NCBI GenBank assembly: GCA_010093605.1
Contig: MU004188.1
Span: 1,305,673 to 1,369,672 of the forward strand
Length of the DNA: 64,000 nt
Source of the DNA: Lophium mytilinum
Lineage: Eukaryota
Reading direction: 5' to 3'
The position numbers were made by a program, and so were the translations under genes. The notes under the pieces are model-generated. The model did not search any database and had not been told where the DNA came from. It saw only the letters and a list, made by a program, of their open reading frames with translations. Positions 25,774-39,312 of the stretch are shown here, piece by piece (within the stretch, counting starts at the first letter, position 1; every line of letters begins with the position of its first letter).

Positions 25774-28700
25774 TTATCGCGTTGACCGCGCTCCCTCCGA
25801 CGATGCTTTACCCTCTGAACCGGCCGTACTGCCAGCTTGAGGCGGCGTTAGAGAGATGGGCGCATGTTTGATCTCTTTGCGCCCGTTGGCCTTGTAGAAG
25901 AGGAGGACATCACCACCGCCGCGCCATATGTGAGCGCGGATACTAGCAAGTGTCATGGTGGGAGATATGAGCTGAAATGGTCAGCTTGTTGAGTATATAA
26001 AGCAAAGTGCGGGGTTTGCATACTTGGCCCTGACAGTAAAGCTCTAGATACTCCTCCGGTTTGAGTTCATCCTCCTCCTTAGTGGACGGTTCGATTCTCT
26101 CGGCAACGTATGCTAATATCTTCCTAGCTCTGAGCATGCGATTGGCATTGAGGCGGTTGTTGCTTTTGTCGCCATTAGTATCGACAAGCCTGTCAGGAGG
26201 CGTTAGAAGAGGGACATACCCGTCGGAAGCTATGCTAGGCAAGAGGTTCTGGAAAGGCTCGAGGATGAAGGAGACTTTAACAATCTCTTTAAGGGGAGTC
26301 AGGTTCTGTTCGAAGTCAGCGTTGGAAACATGAAAATAAAAAGTCGAGTGTGAAAGAACACTTACTCGCAAAAGCACATCAGCAAGCCATACTGGAGCCA
26401 TCTTTTCGATCGTGTCCGCCTGCTGGCCCAGCGACCCAACATTCCCCTCAAACAAATCTGCCACGCCGCCCGAATCTGGTCGGTCCTCTTGAATCAAAAT
26501 GGTGGTATTGAGTGGCGGCTTGAGCACCGGTGTATCGTTGGGCAAGCTAGGCGAGATTGCAGATGTAAGGACCTGAGTACCATCATGCGCCTGTTCCTCA
26601 TAAACGTGTCTGAACCGCTGTATCGCTCCAAGAAAGTTATCTTCAACGACTTTCTCGTCCGTCTTTGATGATCTCGAGTCAGAATCCTCCGACTTCTCGT
26701 CCACGGCCGCAGGTTTTGTAACTTCTGGCGCAGAGTTGCCGCCGAACTTCTTCATTTTGAAGCTCATATTAAACTTTTTCGAAAACAAAGCATTACCCTT
26801 CTTTGTCTTGTCGGCATTCTCAGGCTCTGCGGGAGATTGAGGCAAGTTTTCTTGTGATGCTTCTGTTGATGCCTCGGGTTTAGCGTTCCCATTAGCCGCC
26901 GGGGTGATCGCAGCTCCCGGGACCGGTGTCCTTGAGAAGTAATCCGATGAATCCCGCCCGTGGCTCTGTTGCGTGTGAGTTTTCTCCAACTGTGAGCCTT
27001 CCTCGAGCGTAGTTGGTAGAGTGTGCACTTGTTGAGTCCCTGTGACGGGCGGCGGCAGTGCGGGAGTCGCCAGGCCAATCGATAGGCCTGGCGTTAGTAG
27101 TGGGAGATGAAGCCCATTTGTTGCCCGTAGCGTAGACGCTGATGTAGGGCCGGAATCAGAGTTCGTCCATCCATCAAGGTTTGCTTCCGGGATCTGGATG
27201 CTTGTCGGCGCGTTGTTCCGTTGGAGGGAATTGCTTTGTATTAGTGATTGCCTGAATAGTTCGTCTCTTTTGATCTCTTCGTCGATGAGATTAGAGAATA
27301 GATATCGTAGTACCCATTTGCCTAAATTTACTAGCGAGCGAATTAGGGAACGAACAGAGGAACTGTTTAACAAGGGAAACTTACTGCGTTGGTCTTCCCG
27401 GAAATCGATGTTCTCTTCCAATTCAAGCTCATCGGCATACATTTCGGCGTCAAAGCAATAGTTCTCCTCTAAAACGCAGGTCAAGCTTCCCGTCCTCGTA
27501 TCGACAGCGCACCAGTGCGCAACCGTCTCTGTTGTATTGATCTCAGGCGCCACGTCCTCGAGATGCCGTTTACCGAACGATCTGATTGGGACACACTTGG
27601 GGCGCGTTAGAAAGGGTTAAATCAAGGTACTCAGGGGTAGCAAACCTTTAACAGATCCCACAGCATAACCTCGCCTGCTGTATCAAGAGTGAGCACCCTC
27701 CTTCGGTCATTGAGCAAAACGTGCTTGATCAGACCGTTCTGCCCTTCGATTGAGAAATCTGGCAAGCTTCGGACGGGTACGGTCGCCGCAGGGTCTGCAT
27801 CCAACAAAGCATCAGTCGGTTTCCTTGCGCTCGTCACCGAGTACATGTCGGCGTCCCTCGCAGCATATATTGGGAAAGGAGCCGTATTCGACATTCTGAG
27901 AAGAGCCTTCAGTGGGATTCTTGGGGCACCGTTAGTGGTAGGGGTATGAATATTAGGAGGCGAGGGATATCTTGACCGAGCCGTAGAGACGCTTGATCGG
28001 TGCCACTTATAAGATTCGGGCAGTGCGACCTCCGCCTGGGCGTCAACGTCGGTCCATCGGTTTATGCTAGAGCTGGCCGTTGTTGTCCAAAGCCAGTCCC
28101 CAGCAGTTACAACTTTCTGCACGCCGTCGTGTTCTTGGCATACTGCAACAGACACGCCCTGGTCCATTTCCACGTCGTTGGGGACATCGCTCTTTGCGAC
28201 CAGGCCTGAGCGGTCACTAGAATAGAAGACTCTTAGCTCCGGGTGATTCGAGTAAAGTGACCAAACGCTGTCGGTATGCATGGTCAGGGTGTACATGCAT
28301 CTTCCCGCAGTCATTGACCACACCTTCACCGTCTGATCCGAGGACGCAGTCATGAGGGTGTCTCCGTCCTGGGAAATGAGCACGTCCCTCACGTTATCGG
28401 TATGGCCCACGAACTTGGTTATCCGTTTCCCGGTTCTCGGATCCCATACTCGGACGATGCTCTCAGGGCCCCCGCTAGCGAGAATGGAGTTTGTAGCCGC
28501 CAATGCGTACACAGAGCCCTTGGCGGTATTCTCGTCTTCGCCGACAGCAATCTGCAGCTTCTGCCCGGCGCCATTCAGATCCCACAAGCTTATTTTATGA
28601 TCCAGACCACCCGACGCAACCCAGTTCGCGTGTGGGCCGGGTGAGGCGACCCGCTTAACATAGTCGGAGTGCAAGCCGAGCGTTTGCGGGGGAAGCACGT

Positions 28701-29194
28701 CCTCGGCCGCTGGCCGCCAGACCTTGACGGTGATGTCTGAGGACGCAGAGACGAGCGCTTCATTGTTCTGCGCGAGGGTGATGTCGTTGACCCAGTGCGT
28801 ATGCGCCTGGACCTGTTGGCGGAACTGGGTAGGTGGGGGTTTGTAATTCGGGGCATTCGAGTCGGCGAAGGGGTCTTCTTCGCGGCTTTGCCTGTCGAGG
28901 TCAAGATGGAGGTCCCAGGCGCATATCACGCCGTCTCGGCCGCCAGAGTAGCTGTATAGCGTCAGTGAAGGCCAAGCTTGCGAATGTCGGCGCGGGGACG
29001 CACAGAATAGAGTTCACGGGGTCGACAGCCAACCCGTTCACGCCCAGCCGATGGCCTCCTGCAGAGTTGGCAAGAGGGAGGACTACACATCAATGCAAGG
29101 CATCGGTCAGCAGGTAGTTCGTTGGGCTACAGCTGCAATGCAAGGGTGTGGAGAGCTTACCGTAGGAAATACGCTTCCGAGCATTGCGCCCCAT
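25774..29194 (-). CDS. WD40 deubiquitinase-associated factor (WDR48/UAF1; Duf1/Bun107-like) with C-terminal DUF3337-like domain
   Basis: Starts [11 protein letters not shown]; motifs [112 protein letters not shown]. Multiple introns. Confidence 0.92.
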
Positions 29195-29929
29195 GCCGCC
29201 TCAATGAGCAGCCTTGTTACATGCGGAGGGGCAGCGATTCGGTCAAAGAGGGCGCGATGTCAGCAGTAGTGAAGTGTGGTGTTCGTTGGTAGAGCCCAGC
29301 GACGCTCTCGAGACCCAGGCTGTGGCGTAGTAGGTGTAGGCGACGTCGAGGTAGGATGGAGCAGCCCACTCTGCGGCGCCTTCGCTAAAACCGTTGCATT
29401 GCCCGGCGCAATGAGCGCGCTGGGGCCTGCATTCACCCAGCAGTTCACCCAGCCCGCGTGGCGGAGCGCTGGAGTCGGCTCCGGATGGCAGACAGTGCAG
29501 CATCGGCCAGCTCGGTGGTGCTGCAGGAGGAGCCTCTTCTTCACAGCTTCTGCACGCCTTCTAGAAACACCCGCCCTGAGATCACCCCCGACCCCACTTT
29601 CAGCTCCCCCGAGATGCAGTAGGACGGGATTGCTCACCGCACTGGCCGTGTTGGCCCTTGAGTTATATCTGAGGAGGCATGCGGAGACACTGGAAACAGT
29701 TATCACACATTCGCTTTACGCAATTGGCTGAATACCGTCAGTGTCAGAACCAGAGATGGTACACGAGATGCATTCATGGTCACCAGATAAAAGCATAGCC
29801 AGTGACTAGTGATATACAGGCAATGAGCCAGGGGACCCTCGATCAATTAAAGAACACCTAAAACTACAGTCGCAATGCCCAATATCTTAAATGCTAATGC
29901 CACGTCCAAAAAATATGGAAACGGGTCGC

Positions 29930-32185
29930 TCAATGCACACCATTCACGGGAGCCTCGAGGGAATCAAGCTCCTCCTTTCGTGCCCGGTACAGCTCCTGGG
30001 CTTCTCTCTCCTTCCGGCTCACAAGTGCAACCTCAGCTCTTAGCTGCTCAAGCCTTCGGGTAATCGCCAGATCCTCTGACCCTACCTGCATCCTGGCCGT
30101 TTCCAATGAGATTTGAGAGTCTTCCAGGGCCTCTGCAGCATCCTCAATCTTCTTCCGAAGCAACTTAGCCCGCTTCTGGTATCCACCCAGCGTCACGCCC
30201 AATTTGGTCTCGATTTTGTTGGCTTTCTCCGCAGTCTCCATGAGCTTGTTCTGGATGTTGTCGAACTCCCGGCGGCCTGGGAGTTGGGGTTCAGGCAGTT
30301 CCATATCATCAGTTACAGCCACCTCCAGTGCCAATTCCGCCCTGGCTTTGTTGAGTGCCTCGTCGTCGAAGGTGTCCAAAGGCCTCGAGGTTCCCTTTAC
30401 CCTTCCACCACCAAACTTGGTCGCGTCGTTTGCCATGAGTAGAGCCATCTCCGCTTGAATGGCACTCAGGACAGGGTCCGGATTTGCGCGTGCTTGCTTG
30501 AGCATGGTATCAGCATCGACCGTGGACGGCCTAGGCAGGGACTTCTGGACGACCTGCGTTTGGCGTTTGAACTCCGCACGTTCGGCTGCCTCGCGGAGCA
30601 GCTTGTTCCTTCGATCTCGCTCTCCGGCGTCTTCTTCGGTCATATCCACATCCATACTAACCCCCTGTTGCTCCTCTGGGAGCTCGAATTCCCATTCCGT
30701 CTCTTTTGGCTTTGGTAACGCGGCAAATTTGCTCTTCAAGCTCTGACGCAAAGCAATTTCGTGGCGTTTGACGTCCTTAGGAGTCTGTCCAATTAATTGC
30801 ATTCCGCCAGCTTCATTGAGACGGAAATTGTCTCTAGGTGTAAGCATAGGAGTGGCACCGGGTCCTGCTCGCATTGGTGTGGCTCCTACAGCGCCTCCTT
30901 GTCGGAAAGGTGTTGCCATAGGGTTCGGTGTGAACATTTGTGACCTCGGTCCTGTGCCGGCCAGGCCTGCCGTGCCAGCGCCCTCTTCGTAGTCTGGATT
31001 CTCTCCACCAAGCAAAGCTGACTGGGTGTCGGTCCTAGCGCGAGCGTTTTGTATCTCCTTCGCAATATGGTCCTCCTCAGGGGCCGCTCGTGGTGTCCGA
31101 ATGGGGGTGCCGCCGACGATGTGGGAGTAATTGCCAATTAAGCCTCTCGTGGCATCGTTCTCACTACTACCTGCATACTGGCTCGCCCGCTCGCCAGCCA
31201 TGCCCATCTTTACAATGTCCTCCAGTTCGCCTTCCGAAACTTGGGGCGCCGGTAGAACAAGTCCTCGTCGCTTGCTGCTCCGCTCTGCCTCACGTATCTT
31301 TTGTGCCTGAGCTGCCTTCGCTGCAGCCGCTGCCACCGATGCGTGCCCATTGTCATTCTTCTTGCGCTTGCGGTCGTCTGGCTCATCTTGATCAGCTTTC
31401 CGCTTGTTCGCAAGTTGTTGTTTCCTGGGGTCAAAAGCTTCTCGCTGTCGTTCGTTCCGTTGCTGCTCCTCCGTAGTGTCGTAGAAACCAGCTGGTACTT
31501 GCTTCTCTAGTGGAATGTCGGCGGAGTAGTCCATCTGTCCAGGCTTCTTGGTCACAATCTTAATGTTTATCCCAGCAGCCTTTAGTTCCCGGCGCTTCTG
31601 CAATACCGACAGACGGTGTGATGTCGCCAGCTCCCTCTCCCTGGCCTTCCTCTTGGCTTTCTTGCCGTTGACGTTGGCTAATCTAGCTCTCGCCTCTGAT
31701 AACATGGACAGCTCGTCTTCCTCCATATCCTGCGCATCGGGTCTGGCCGGTCGAGACTCAGGCTCTGGATCGATCTCGCCGGGCCTCAGCTTTCGCACAT
31801 CATCGGCAGTCGGCGCGGATTCCCCTCCCTCAGGACCTGCGAGTCCCAGCTCTCCGCTTTCTTTCGCCTCGGCCTCGTCCAGCAACTTTTGGTATCTTTC
31901 TAGACATTGGGTCGCCGTCCTGTTCGAAATGATGCTAGCGATGGATCGCCACTGTCCGGGAAGCAGGCGACTCGCGGTTAGGAGTTTCTCGTCCTCCTCC
32001 CTAGACCACTCCACCTTGCGCACGCTGGGGTCCAGCCACTCGTTCCATCGCGCCTTGCATTGTTTCGCGCTCTTGCGCGCGAGAAGTGAAGCGCATCGAG
32101 ACCATTGTTGAAGCCCGTACTTGGATACGGCTGCCTTGAGGACCTCATCCTCGACGTTCGTCCACACGCCGCCCTTGACCGGCAT
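29930..32185 (-). CDS. CEF1: Pre-mRNA splicing factor CEF1/CDC5L (Myb repeats)
   Basis: [35 protein letters not shown]...[13 protein letters not shown]...[16 protein letters not shown], [11 protein letters not shown]. 751-aa intronless ORF. Confidence 0.97.
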   Translation of the reverse strand: MPVKGGVWTNVEDEVLKAAVSKYGLQQWSRCASLLARKSAKQCKARWNEWLDPSVRKVEWSREEDEKLLTASRLLPGQWRSIASIISNRTATQCLERYQKLLDEAEAKESGELGLAGPEGGESAPTADDVRKLRPGEIDPEPESRPARPDAQDMEEDELSMLSEARARLANVNGKKAKRKARERELATSHRLSVLQKRRELKAAGINIKIVTKKPGQMDYSADIPLEKQVPAGFYDTTEEQQRNERQREAFDPRKQQLANKRKADQDEPDDRKRKKNDNGHASVAAAAAKAAQAQKIREAERSSKRRGLVLPAPQVSEGELEDIVKMGMAGERASQYAGSSENDATRGLIGNYSHIVGGTPIRTPRAAPEEDHIAKEIQNARARTDTQSALLGGENPDYEEGAGTAGLAGTGPRSQMFTPNPMATPFRQGGAVGATPMRAGPGATPMLTPRDNFRLNEAGGMQLIGQTPKDVKRHEIALRQSLKSKFAALPKPKETEWEFELPEEQQGVSMDVDMTEEDAGERDRRNKLLREAAERAEFKRQTQVVQKSLPRPSTVDADTMLKQARANPDPVLSAIQAEMALLMANDATKFGGGRVKGTSRPLDTFDDEALNKARAELALEVAVTDDMELPEPQLPGRREFDNIQNKLMETAEKANKIETKLGVTLGGYQKRAKLLRKKIEDAAEALEDSQISLETARMQVGSEDLAITRRLEQLRAEVALVSRKEREAQELYRARKEELDSLEAPVNGVH

Positions 32186-32501
32186 AGTAGCCTGAGCGGT
32201 GTAGTGATGAGGCGGTTGTTAATGTGATGGAGGAAGAGTCGATATAAGGGAGGTGGTCGGACGCCGATGGAGGGTGGTTCGACGGGGTAACAGTGGTAGG
32301 ACAGTGACGGAGGTTGATAAATTAGGAGTGAGCTGCGGATCAGAAAACCTTAGCCCGGCGGTCTTGGCGCGTTTCCGCGTTAGCGGCTCCAGCAACGTGA
32401 CGTAAAACTGTCGTCGAATTCACCATCACCGCCAGGGGAATTCATCATGGGTTCATTTCCTCCACACCTCCACTTACACTCATCTAGCATTTGAAATTTC
32501 A

Positions 32502-33174
32502 ATGGCTTCCACCGCCGCTCTTTCATCGCGTCTGTTTCACAATCATCGCTTGACTCTGCCTAGGCTCGCTCAAACGCCAATCACAACGATTACATACAGA
32601 AGCTTTGCCTCAGGGAAGTGTTTATCGTCCGATCTCAAGTCATCCCAAGACGACGCGAAAGCCAACACAGAGGTAGGCGTTTCAAACGTTCGAATATAAT
32701 GTGATCTCTTCGAGAATGACGCCTCCAAACATGCCTACATTGATTGGATCCCTTCTCTTCACGTATCGAAAGTCGGAATGTCTCTGTACGATTGGTTCTG
32801 TTCGACTTGTATTTGACTTTATAAGAAATAGCGATGCGCTTGCTCTATTTCAAGGGAGTTCCTCGTCACAAGACAGCATCAGTGATACATACAGAGCCGC
32901 TCTTAAAGCACACTCCATAAATCGCACCCAATAGGCTCATCTATAGTCATATCTTGTGAGGATACTCATGGCTAACATATCTAAATAGGGCCCCAAGGTT
33001 GCATCAGACGGGCCAAAAAAACCCAAAAAGACGCAAGCAGAGCTAGATGAAGAGCTCCGCTTAAAGATGCAAGGCATAGCAGGCGACGGCGGAGAAGCGG
33101 GGGTAGAACTTGAGGACGGCCAGCCTGTTTCAATGAAGCGAGGTGTCCGAGACAACATGTTCCGCTATATATGA
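32502..33174 (+). CDS. Small fungal protein, probably mitochondrial (unknown function)
   Basis: Exon 1 (32502-32672) has an R/S/L-rich presequence-like N-terminus. Intron 32673-32988 (GTAGGC...CTAAC...TAG) joins in frame to KKTQAELDEELRLKMQGIAGDGGEAGVELEDGQPVSMKRGVRDNMFRYI*. Confidence 0.8.
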
Positions 33175-35417
33175 GGTGGGGACTCAGACCAAGTTCATAC
33201 CGTTATCCAGCCCCAGCCCCAGTCAAGTCGTCAAAGCCCATGGCAATTTCATTTAGAGAGCGTTTTGCTACAACTACAGTGCTATGATAAAGCTCTGTCA
33301 ACGCTTTCTTACCACCGCATAGGTGCATATTCCAACATGCTCTCGAGCATCTGGAGCAGGCATTAGTTATTCGTCTGTAACAACATATACACTTGCTGTA
33401 TTAGCCCAGACAGCGGTGTGGTAGCACACAAGTTACTTTTCCTATCACTCTTTCGTTGACATACGCAGAATGCTTCTCATGTTATGCTACTTGTCTGTTG
33501 TCTGCGCCTCAAAGGCCCTTGAGACCTTGCGGCCACCTATGTTATCCACATGTCAGCAGGTGAAATCGGCGATTGTGCTCAACCATATACAGGGCTTGAG
33601 ATTGCTGCCGCGTAGGCATGCAGACACTCTAGGTCACCAGGTCCGAGAAACAGCGCTCATTGCCGCAGAGTGCCTTCAGAGATCTGGAGGCATCACTCGA
33701 CTTCTCTACCCGCAACATGCGCCAGCTTTTCAGGTTTGCTGCGGCGCCGTTAGTCTCAAATAGCATTCTTCCATGAAGCCCGCATCCAGGAAGGCTTATC
33801 AACCAGCCATGGACATCACAAGCCAGGCACAAACTAGCATGGGGATGCCTCTACTATTCATGTTCCTAGTCTCTACTGCATTCGGCGCCTCTTCCGCAGG
33901 ATTTCTCCAGCTTCTAGGTTCCCAGTTCCTTCTTCGCCGAGCTTTCACATGCCGCCGAGGAACGTGTAAGCCTCAACGCCACTAGATACTCGCGAGAGGC
34001 AAAGCTACTGCTAAAATAGAATATCTCCGCAGACCAGGGCAACACATGCTCTCCATGAGCGATATACACGACACAGCATCATATTCAAGGCCCGCGTTTT
34101 GCGTTTCGTTACCGCTGTTGTGATGCAGTGGTCTGACGCAGGTACGCGGCTACGCTGATCGACAATTAGAATGATTGGGAAACCCTCGCTCAATGAACTG
34201 GCAAAACATGCAACAATACTGGAAACCCGTGCCGCCCGCCGTTACGTAGTGGCGTGAAGTCAAACTTATGCGAGCACCGGCCAGTAATGCGGACCGAGCC
34301 TCATGATTCGCTAGGCACCCTGCATGCAGTATAGCTCGTTCCCATGTCACCGGCGCTGCCGACCGAGAAGAGCAGCTCGCAACAGCCAACGGCAAGGCGA
34401 GACGACTGCGTCCCACAACCTCATATTGGCGCTGCCGTGCCTTGGGGGCCATTGGAGGTCTGTTTCTTCACTCTGTTTGGGCATCTGGACAGCTAATCTC
34501 ACTCTATTGCATTTCTGCCAATCCTCCTACGACAATCACGAAGCGAAAAGGGTGGCGTGAAACCCAACGTCGGCGGTGTGTCATGCGAGCAGGGCGGGCC
34601 TGGCTGTCTGGTGAGAGTGTGCCCGTCCCAGCGGCCATTGTGGGTCTTACCCCAGACGACCCCGGAAGATCGAAGCGTGCGGCACGTCAACCAACGGCAC
34701 CACTAGCGTCCGCCTGATCGAGCACCATATCCTGCCCCCCAGCCAATACATGCAGTTTTACATATTGCAGAGGCCCTGCGGAGAAAGGAAGCTCGATCCG
34801 TTTTCAGCCTCTTCGCCGCTTCACAGTCAATCGCCACTCCACCTCCTCCGCTTCCAACACTCTTTCCATCCCTGTCCTCGTACTCCCCGTGCTTCTTCTC
34901 CCCGTTTTCCCAATGTAACCTCTCGCAGCTAACCAATAACGCTTACTCCGTCCGCCTCCGCCTCTTGGCACCCACTTCGTCAATTAACGTCCCGCCGCGA
35001 GGACTGCTCTGCGGCATGCATCCACCCCGATCTACACCCCAGGTCCCCCAGTCTCGCTCTTCCTGCGGGGAATTGGTCTGCTCTGCGCTGCCCAGGAAGC
35101 GCCCTGGTGCCAAAGCGTCTGATGTATGCCGCGGTTGGCTATCCGAGCCTGGAGCTTCCAATTCGATGAAGTCAATGGTTGGGCCCTGAATTCTCTGCAT
35201 GTGACACCGAAGCTCTGACATCGACGCGGGTCTCCCCTTATTCTTCCCCAGAGTGCTAGTGGGCTCGAGTGAGCAGCATATAAGGTCTTGTCCAGCTTTC
35301 TTCCACGAGCACAGCACTCTCACCTTCAATCAACAGTCGTTTCATTGCCAAGCCCGCTGCACATCGTCAATCGTTTCCTCCAAGGACACCAATCTAAACC
35401 CCGCGTATACTATCAAA

Positions 35418-36152
35418 ATGAAGGCCTCGTTTGCTGCCATTGCCCTTGCCCTGGCCTCTGTTGCCACCGCTCAGCTAGACAACATCCCGTCCTGTGCTGT
35501 AAGTCAAAGCGGAGAGAAATTTCTTCTGACAACACCTAGCTAATACCCCTCTTAGCTCAGCTGCTTCATCACCGTCCTGACCACAGATGGCTGCTCCGGT
35601 CTTACTGACTTCACTTGCCATTGCAAGAAGACCGACCTGATCCCCAAGGTCACTCCTTGCGTCCAGTCGTCCTGCTCTGCTAGCGACCAGGCTAGTAAGT
35701 TGTCCCGATACAGAAACCACAACCATTCAATCCAGATACTGACCGCCTAAACAGAGGTCATCACTGCTGTTGAGGGAACTTGCGCTCAAGCCGGTGTTCC
35801 ACTCTCCCTCAGCGCCCCTGGCGGTGCCTCCACCCCGGCCGCATCCACTCCGGCCGCCTCCAGCACCCCAGCGGTTGCCTCGAGCTCCGCTGCGGCCTAC
35901 TCCAGCGCCGAGTCTACCCCCGCCAGCTCTGCCGCCCCAACCGTCGAGACTACTACTCCCGCCTCTTCCGCCGTCGCTACTGCTACGAGCCTTGTCGGCA
36001 CTGGAACAATCATCACCACCCCCGTTTCCAACGGCACTCTCTCTGCCACTGCTACTGCCTCGCCTTCCCAATTCACCGGCGCTGCGGCCCAGGTGACCCA
36101 GGCGGCGGGCATGATGGCTGCGGCTGCTTTCGCGCTCGCTGCTGCCTTGTAA
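35418..36152 (+). CDS. GPI-anchored CFEM-domain cell-surface protein
   Basis: Signal peptide MKASFAAIALALASVATAQ; 8-Cys CFEM pattern IPSCALSCF...DGCSGLTDFTCHC...PCVQSSC...VEGTC; Ser/Thr/Ala-rich stalk; FTGAAA then a hydrophobic tail. Introns at 35499-35555 and about 35695-35754. Confidence 0.93.
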
Positions 36153-37323
36153 ATTCACTTTGGGTTTTGCTCATAGTCCACGTTGGAAGTGTGGCTTGAG
36201 TTGAAAAGTTGATGCATGTAATGTCAGGGAACGAGGGATGAGATGGTTCGAGTTCGGCTTGTAGTATATACCTGTTTTGCCACACAAAATCAAGTACTAA
36301 TAATAGAGGACATATTTTGGCCTACTCTCAGAATACTTTATGCTATGATGGATGCTTGGACGCGTGGACGTTGCGGATTGGCCTGTAACACGTCGGATCT
36401 AATCACCTCTCTCAGCAGACAGTCCAATCGGATGCTTTTCTTTGCTTTGCAGCGTCTTGGAGAGGTTTGTCGACGTATATAGTATGGGGCCTAATGGATG
36501 TGATTGATTGAGCCACGGTCGGGAGTCAGCTTCAACCAGATTTCCACCACTCCATAGATCAAGGCTCGGATTAAAAGTGGTGGTTACGGAAGTCATGGGC
36601 TTCAGGTCTCTGATTGGTGGCATTGATTGCCTGAACAGCCATCGATGTAGTCAATCAGTCCACTCCAGCTTCAAATCTAGATCAGGACGAACACGGGTCA
36701 TTGGCCAATTAGTAGAAAATTTCTAACCACTAAGCTATCAACAGTTCTCACGATGCTTGGCGTCATACTGGAAATTTTAGGTGCACCTCTTTGACGGCTT
36801 CGCCTACAGTGCCGTGTATGGTAGTACATACACTATCAGTAACGGCCCCACCTCTACAAGTGCAAGTATCTCACGGCAATGCCACGTCTACCAATCGTCC
36901 ACAAGTTTGGGTTCATCGTCGACATGACTGGCCGTACTGGCTAGAGCGGTAGGAACGAACTACTGCAAATATACCCCACTACATTACCCCGCTTGACGCA
37001 TACGGCAACCAGCCACCGCTTAGGAGACGGTTGTACCGGCAAAGGCGTTCCCTACCCTTGAGCTCACTATCTCAACTATCGGATTTTCTTACTATCTTAA
37101 GCTGATCAGTGGTCAGCAGGGTCGAGAGGCACTCCCGCACTCCACTAAAGTCCGCTTTTCTCTAGCGGCCAAGATTACTTTATATGGACCGCAACTGCGC
37201 AGCTGATATATCTCCTGCATACCTCCAGTTCTATTTGAGGGTTTTGCCCATTCCTCGTTCTCATCCTATCTTGCTTGTCTTTCGAATTCGTTTTTTCGCC
37301 GTCTTTCCTATATCTTTATAAGC

Positions 37324-38544
37324 ATGGCTACCTTAACCCAATCCAACCCTATACCCGCTCATGAGCTCCACATAGAGCCTAATGAGCTCCCCAAGCTTCG
37401 GTCCAACTATGGGAAATACATAGAGTCTGATAGTGTTGGGTGGATGCGATCCACCCCCATCGACACACCTATGGAAGAGATCAGACGCCGCTTCGAAGAG
37501 GACGGATATGTATGGATGAAAGACGTCATACCTCGAGAAGACGTCCTCGATATGCGAGAACAGTGCGTCCTTACCCCTTCCTAGTTCTTCTTCCTGCCAA
37601 TTGCCATGGCGCAGATACGATTTACTTAGGCATCACATCAGAAATACATCTAATCTGACACTTTCCCCAGCTACTTTTCTCACATCGCCCACACTGGCAT
37701 CCTCGCCCCTAACACCTCCCCCCGCGATGGCATCTTCAACCCCACAAACGACCCCATCGCGCACTCCGGCGTCGGGGGGCGAGACCTGCCCGACGACGTC
37801 GCGAAAGTCGCCGCGCTGACCTCCGCCCACACGACACCGATCTATCTTGCCTTCCTCGAGCACCCGCACCTCCGCGGCTTCATCTGCGACTTCATGGGCT
37901 GGAAGAAGGACGTCATGGTGCACCGGACAATGCTACGGTACGTTTATGCTGTCTCGACTCCCGCCTCGTAGCTCCCTATACCACTTCCCCTGCAGCTTGT
38001 CGCTCGTGTACATATCACTGACGCACCACATAGCCACAACGTCCCCAACGGCCTCAGCACAGGCATCCACTACGACCGCATCTTCCTCCGCGCCAGCCCC
38101 GTCGACTTCCTCACCGCCTGGGTCCCCATCGGCGACTGCAGCCCCGCGGGCGGCGGGCTGATGTACCTCTCGCACTCCGACGCGCTCGGCCGCGCGCTGG
38201 AGAGGTCGTTCATGGAGCGTGCGGCCGACTTTTCCGACGAGGACCGGATCAACGCGTTTAATATGAACATGGCGAGGGATGGACAGTTGAGCCATGATGC
38301 GGCGGCGCTGTATGAGGAACTGAGCGAGGAGAAGGAGGGGAAGGGGAAGGAGATGAAGTGGATGGTTGGCGATTTCAAGGCGGGGGATGTTGTGTTTCAT
38401 AATCCGTATCTGATTCATGGGGCGTGTAAGAATGAGGATGAGAGGGGCGTGATTCGGTTGAGTACGGATTTGAGGTTTTATGAGGAGGGGAGCCAGGTGG
38501 ATGAGCGGTGGATGCAGGCTTGGAAGCCGGATGATGGGTTGTAA
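37324..38544 (+). CDS. Phytanoyl-CoA dioxygenase (PhyH) family Fe(II)/2-oxoglutarate oxygenase
   Basis: RRRFEEDGYVWMKDVIPREDV, HxD motif GIHYDRIFL, LTAWVPIGD, GGLMYL, AGDVVFHNPYLIHG, IRLSTDLRF. Introns at about 37564-37670 and 37938-38033. Confidence 0.92.
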
Positions 38545-38904
38545 GGACTTGGACTGAGGATATGGTATACTTGGGAATAACAGGTGATTATGACATAGAT
38601 GAGAGAGGAAGGAGTGGTTTTCGGATATATTGAATGAACAGTCTGATCTATATGTTATCCGCATCCCTTACATTATACTCATGTCCTCTATACTCTATCA
38701 GAGAATAACATATTCTCCTATTGCCACGAGTTGGAGCTTATATTTCAACTCCATTGAAATCCCCTTCTCCAACGTCTCGTCAAACATGTCCATATGCCTT
38801 TCTGTCAGCGCGTACAATACTTCAACACATTCCCAGAAACCCAAAACAACGATTAGCACTTTCAGTCCATGTACACCTCTCATCACCGCCTGGGACGGCT
38901 TCAC

Positions 38905-39029
38905 AAGTTTTTCAGTGGCCCAAAATGCTACATTTTGTTTTGATTCATGATACCAGAGAGTAAGATATTAGATTGCACCGCAAGCAGCGGCAAGAAGTCT
39001 TACAGATCTCTATAACGAGACACGGTAGA
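38905..39029. repeat. 125-bp inverted repeat, left copy (partner at 54981-55105)
   Basis: Reverse complement of 54981-55105 with 2 mismatches. Confidence 0.97.
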
Positions 39030-39312
39030 CACGATAAGAAATCCAAGGGCTTTACGGATAAGAGGTGGACGGAGGATCATAGGCTGCCAGCAGATCACAG
39101 TCCTCGGCCACAAGTCTAGGCACGGGCTCGCTCCAGTTTGCCCACCCAACACCACTGTTGGGGGTAGCCTGGCTGCTAAGCAGGCAATTAGTCAAGAAGC
39201 AGTGTAATCTACACTGCCTGGAGCTTGACACAGGGGATGGTTCAAAGGTTTTAGCGTTTCTTCCGTAACTCGTAAAACATATCGGTATGTCCAAACTCCT
39301 CCCCAACTCGAC

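Noticed and set aside
22351..32185. Apparent RNA-processing cluster (TCAB1/Swt21-like and CEF1)
   Set aside because: Separated by unrelated housekeeping genes; proximity is plausibly chance.
32989..33174. SDHAF4/Sdh8 assignment for the small mitochondrial protein
   Set aside because: Lacks the characteristic EPTRYGDW...GR..DF C-terminal motif.
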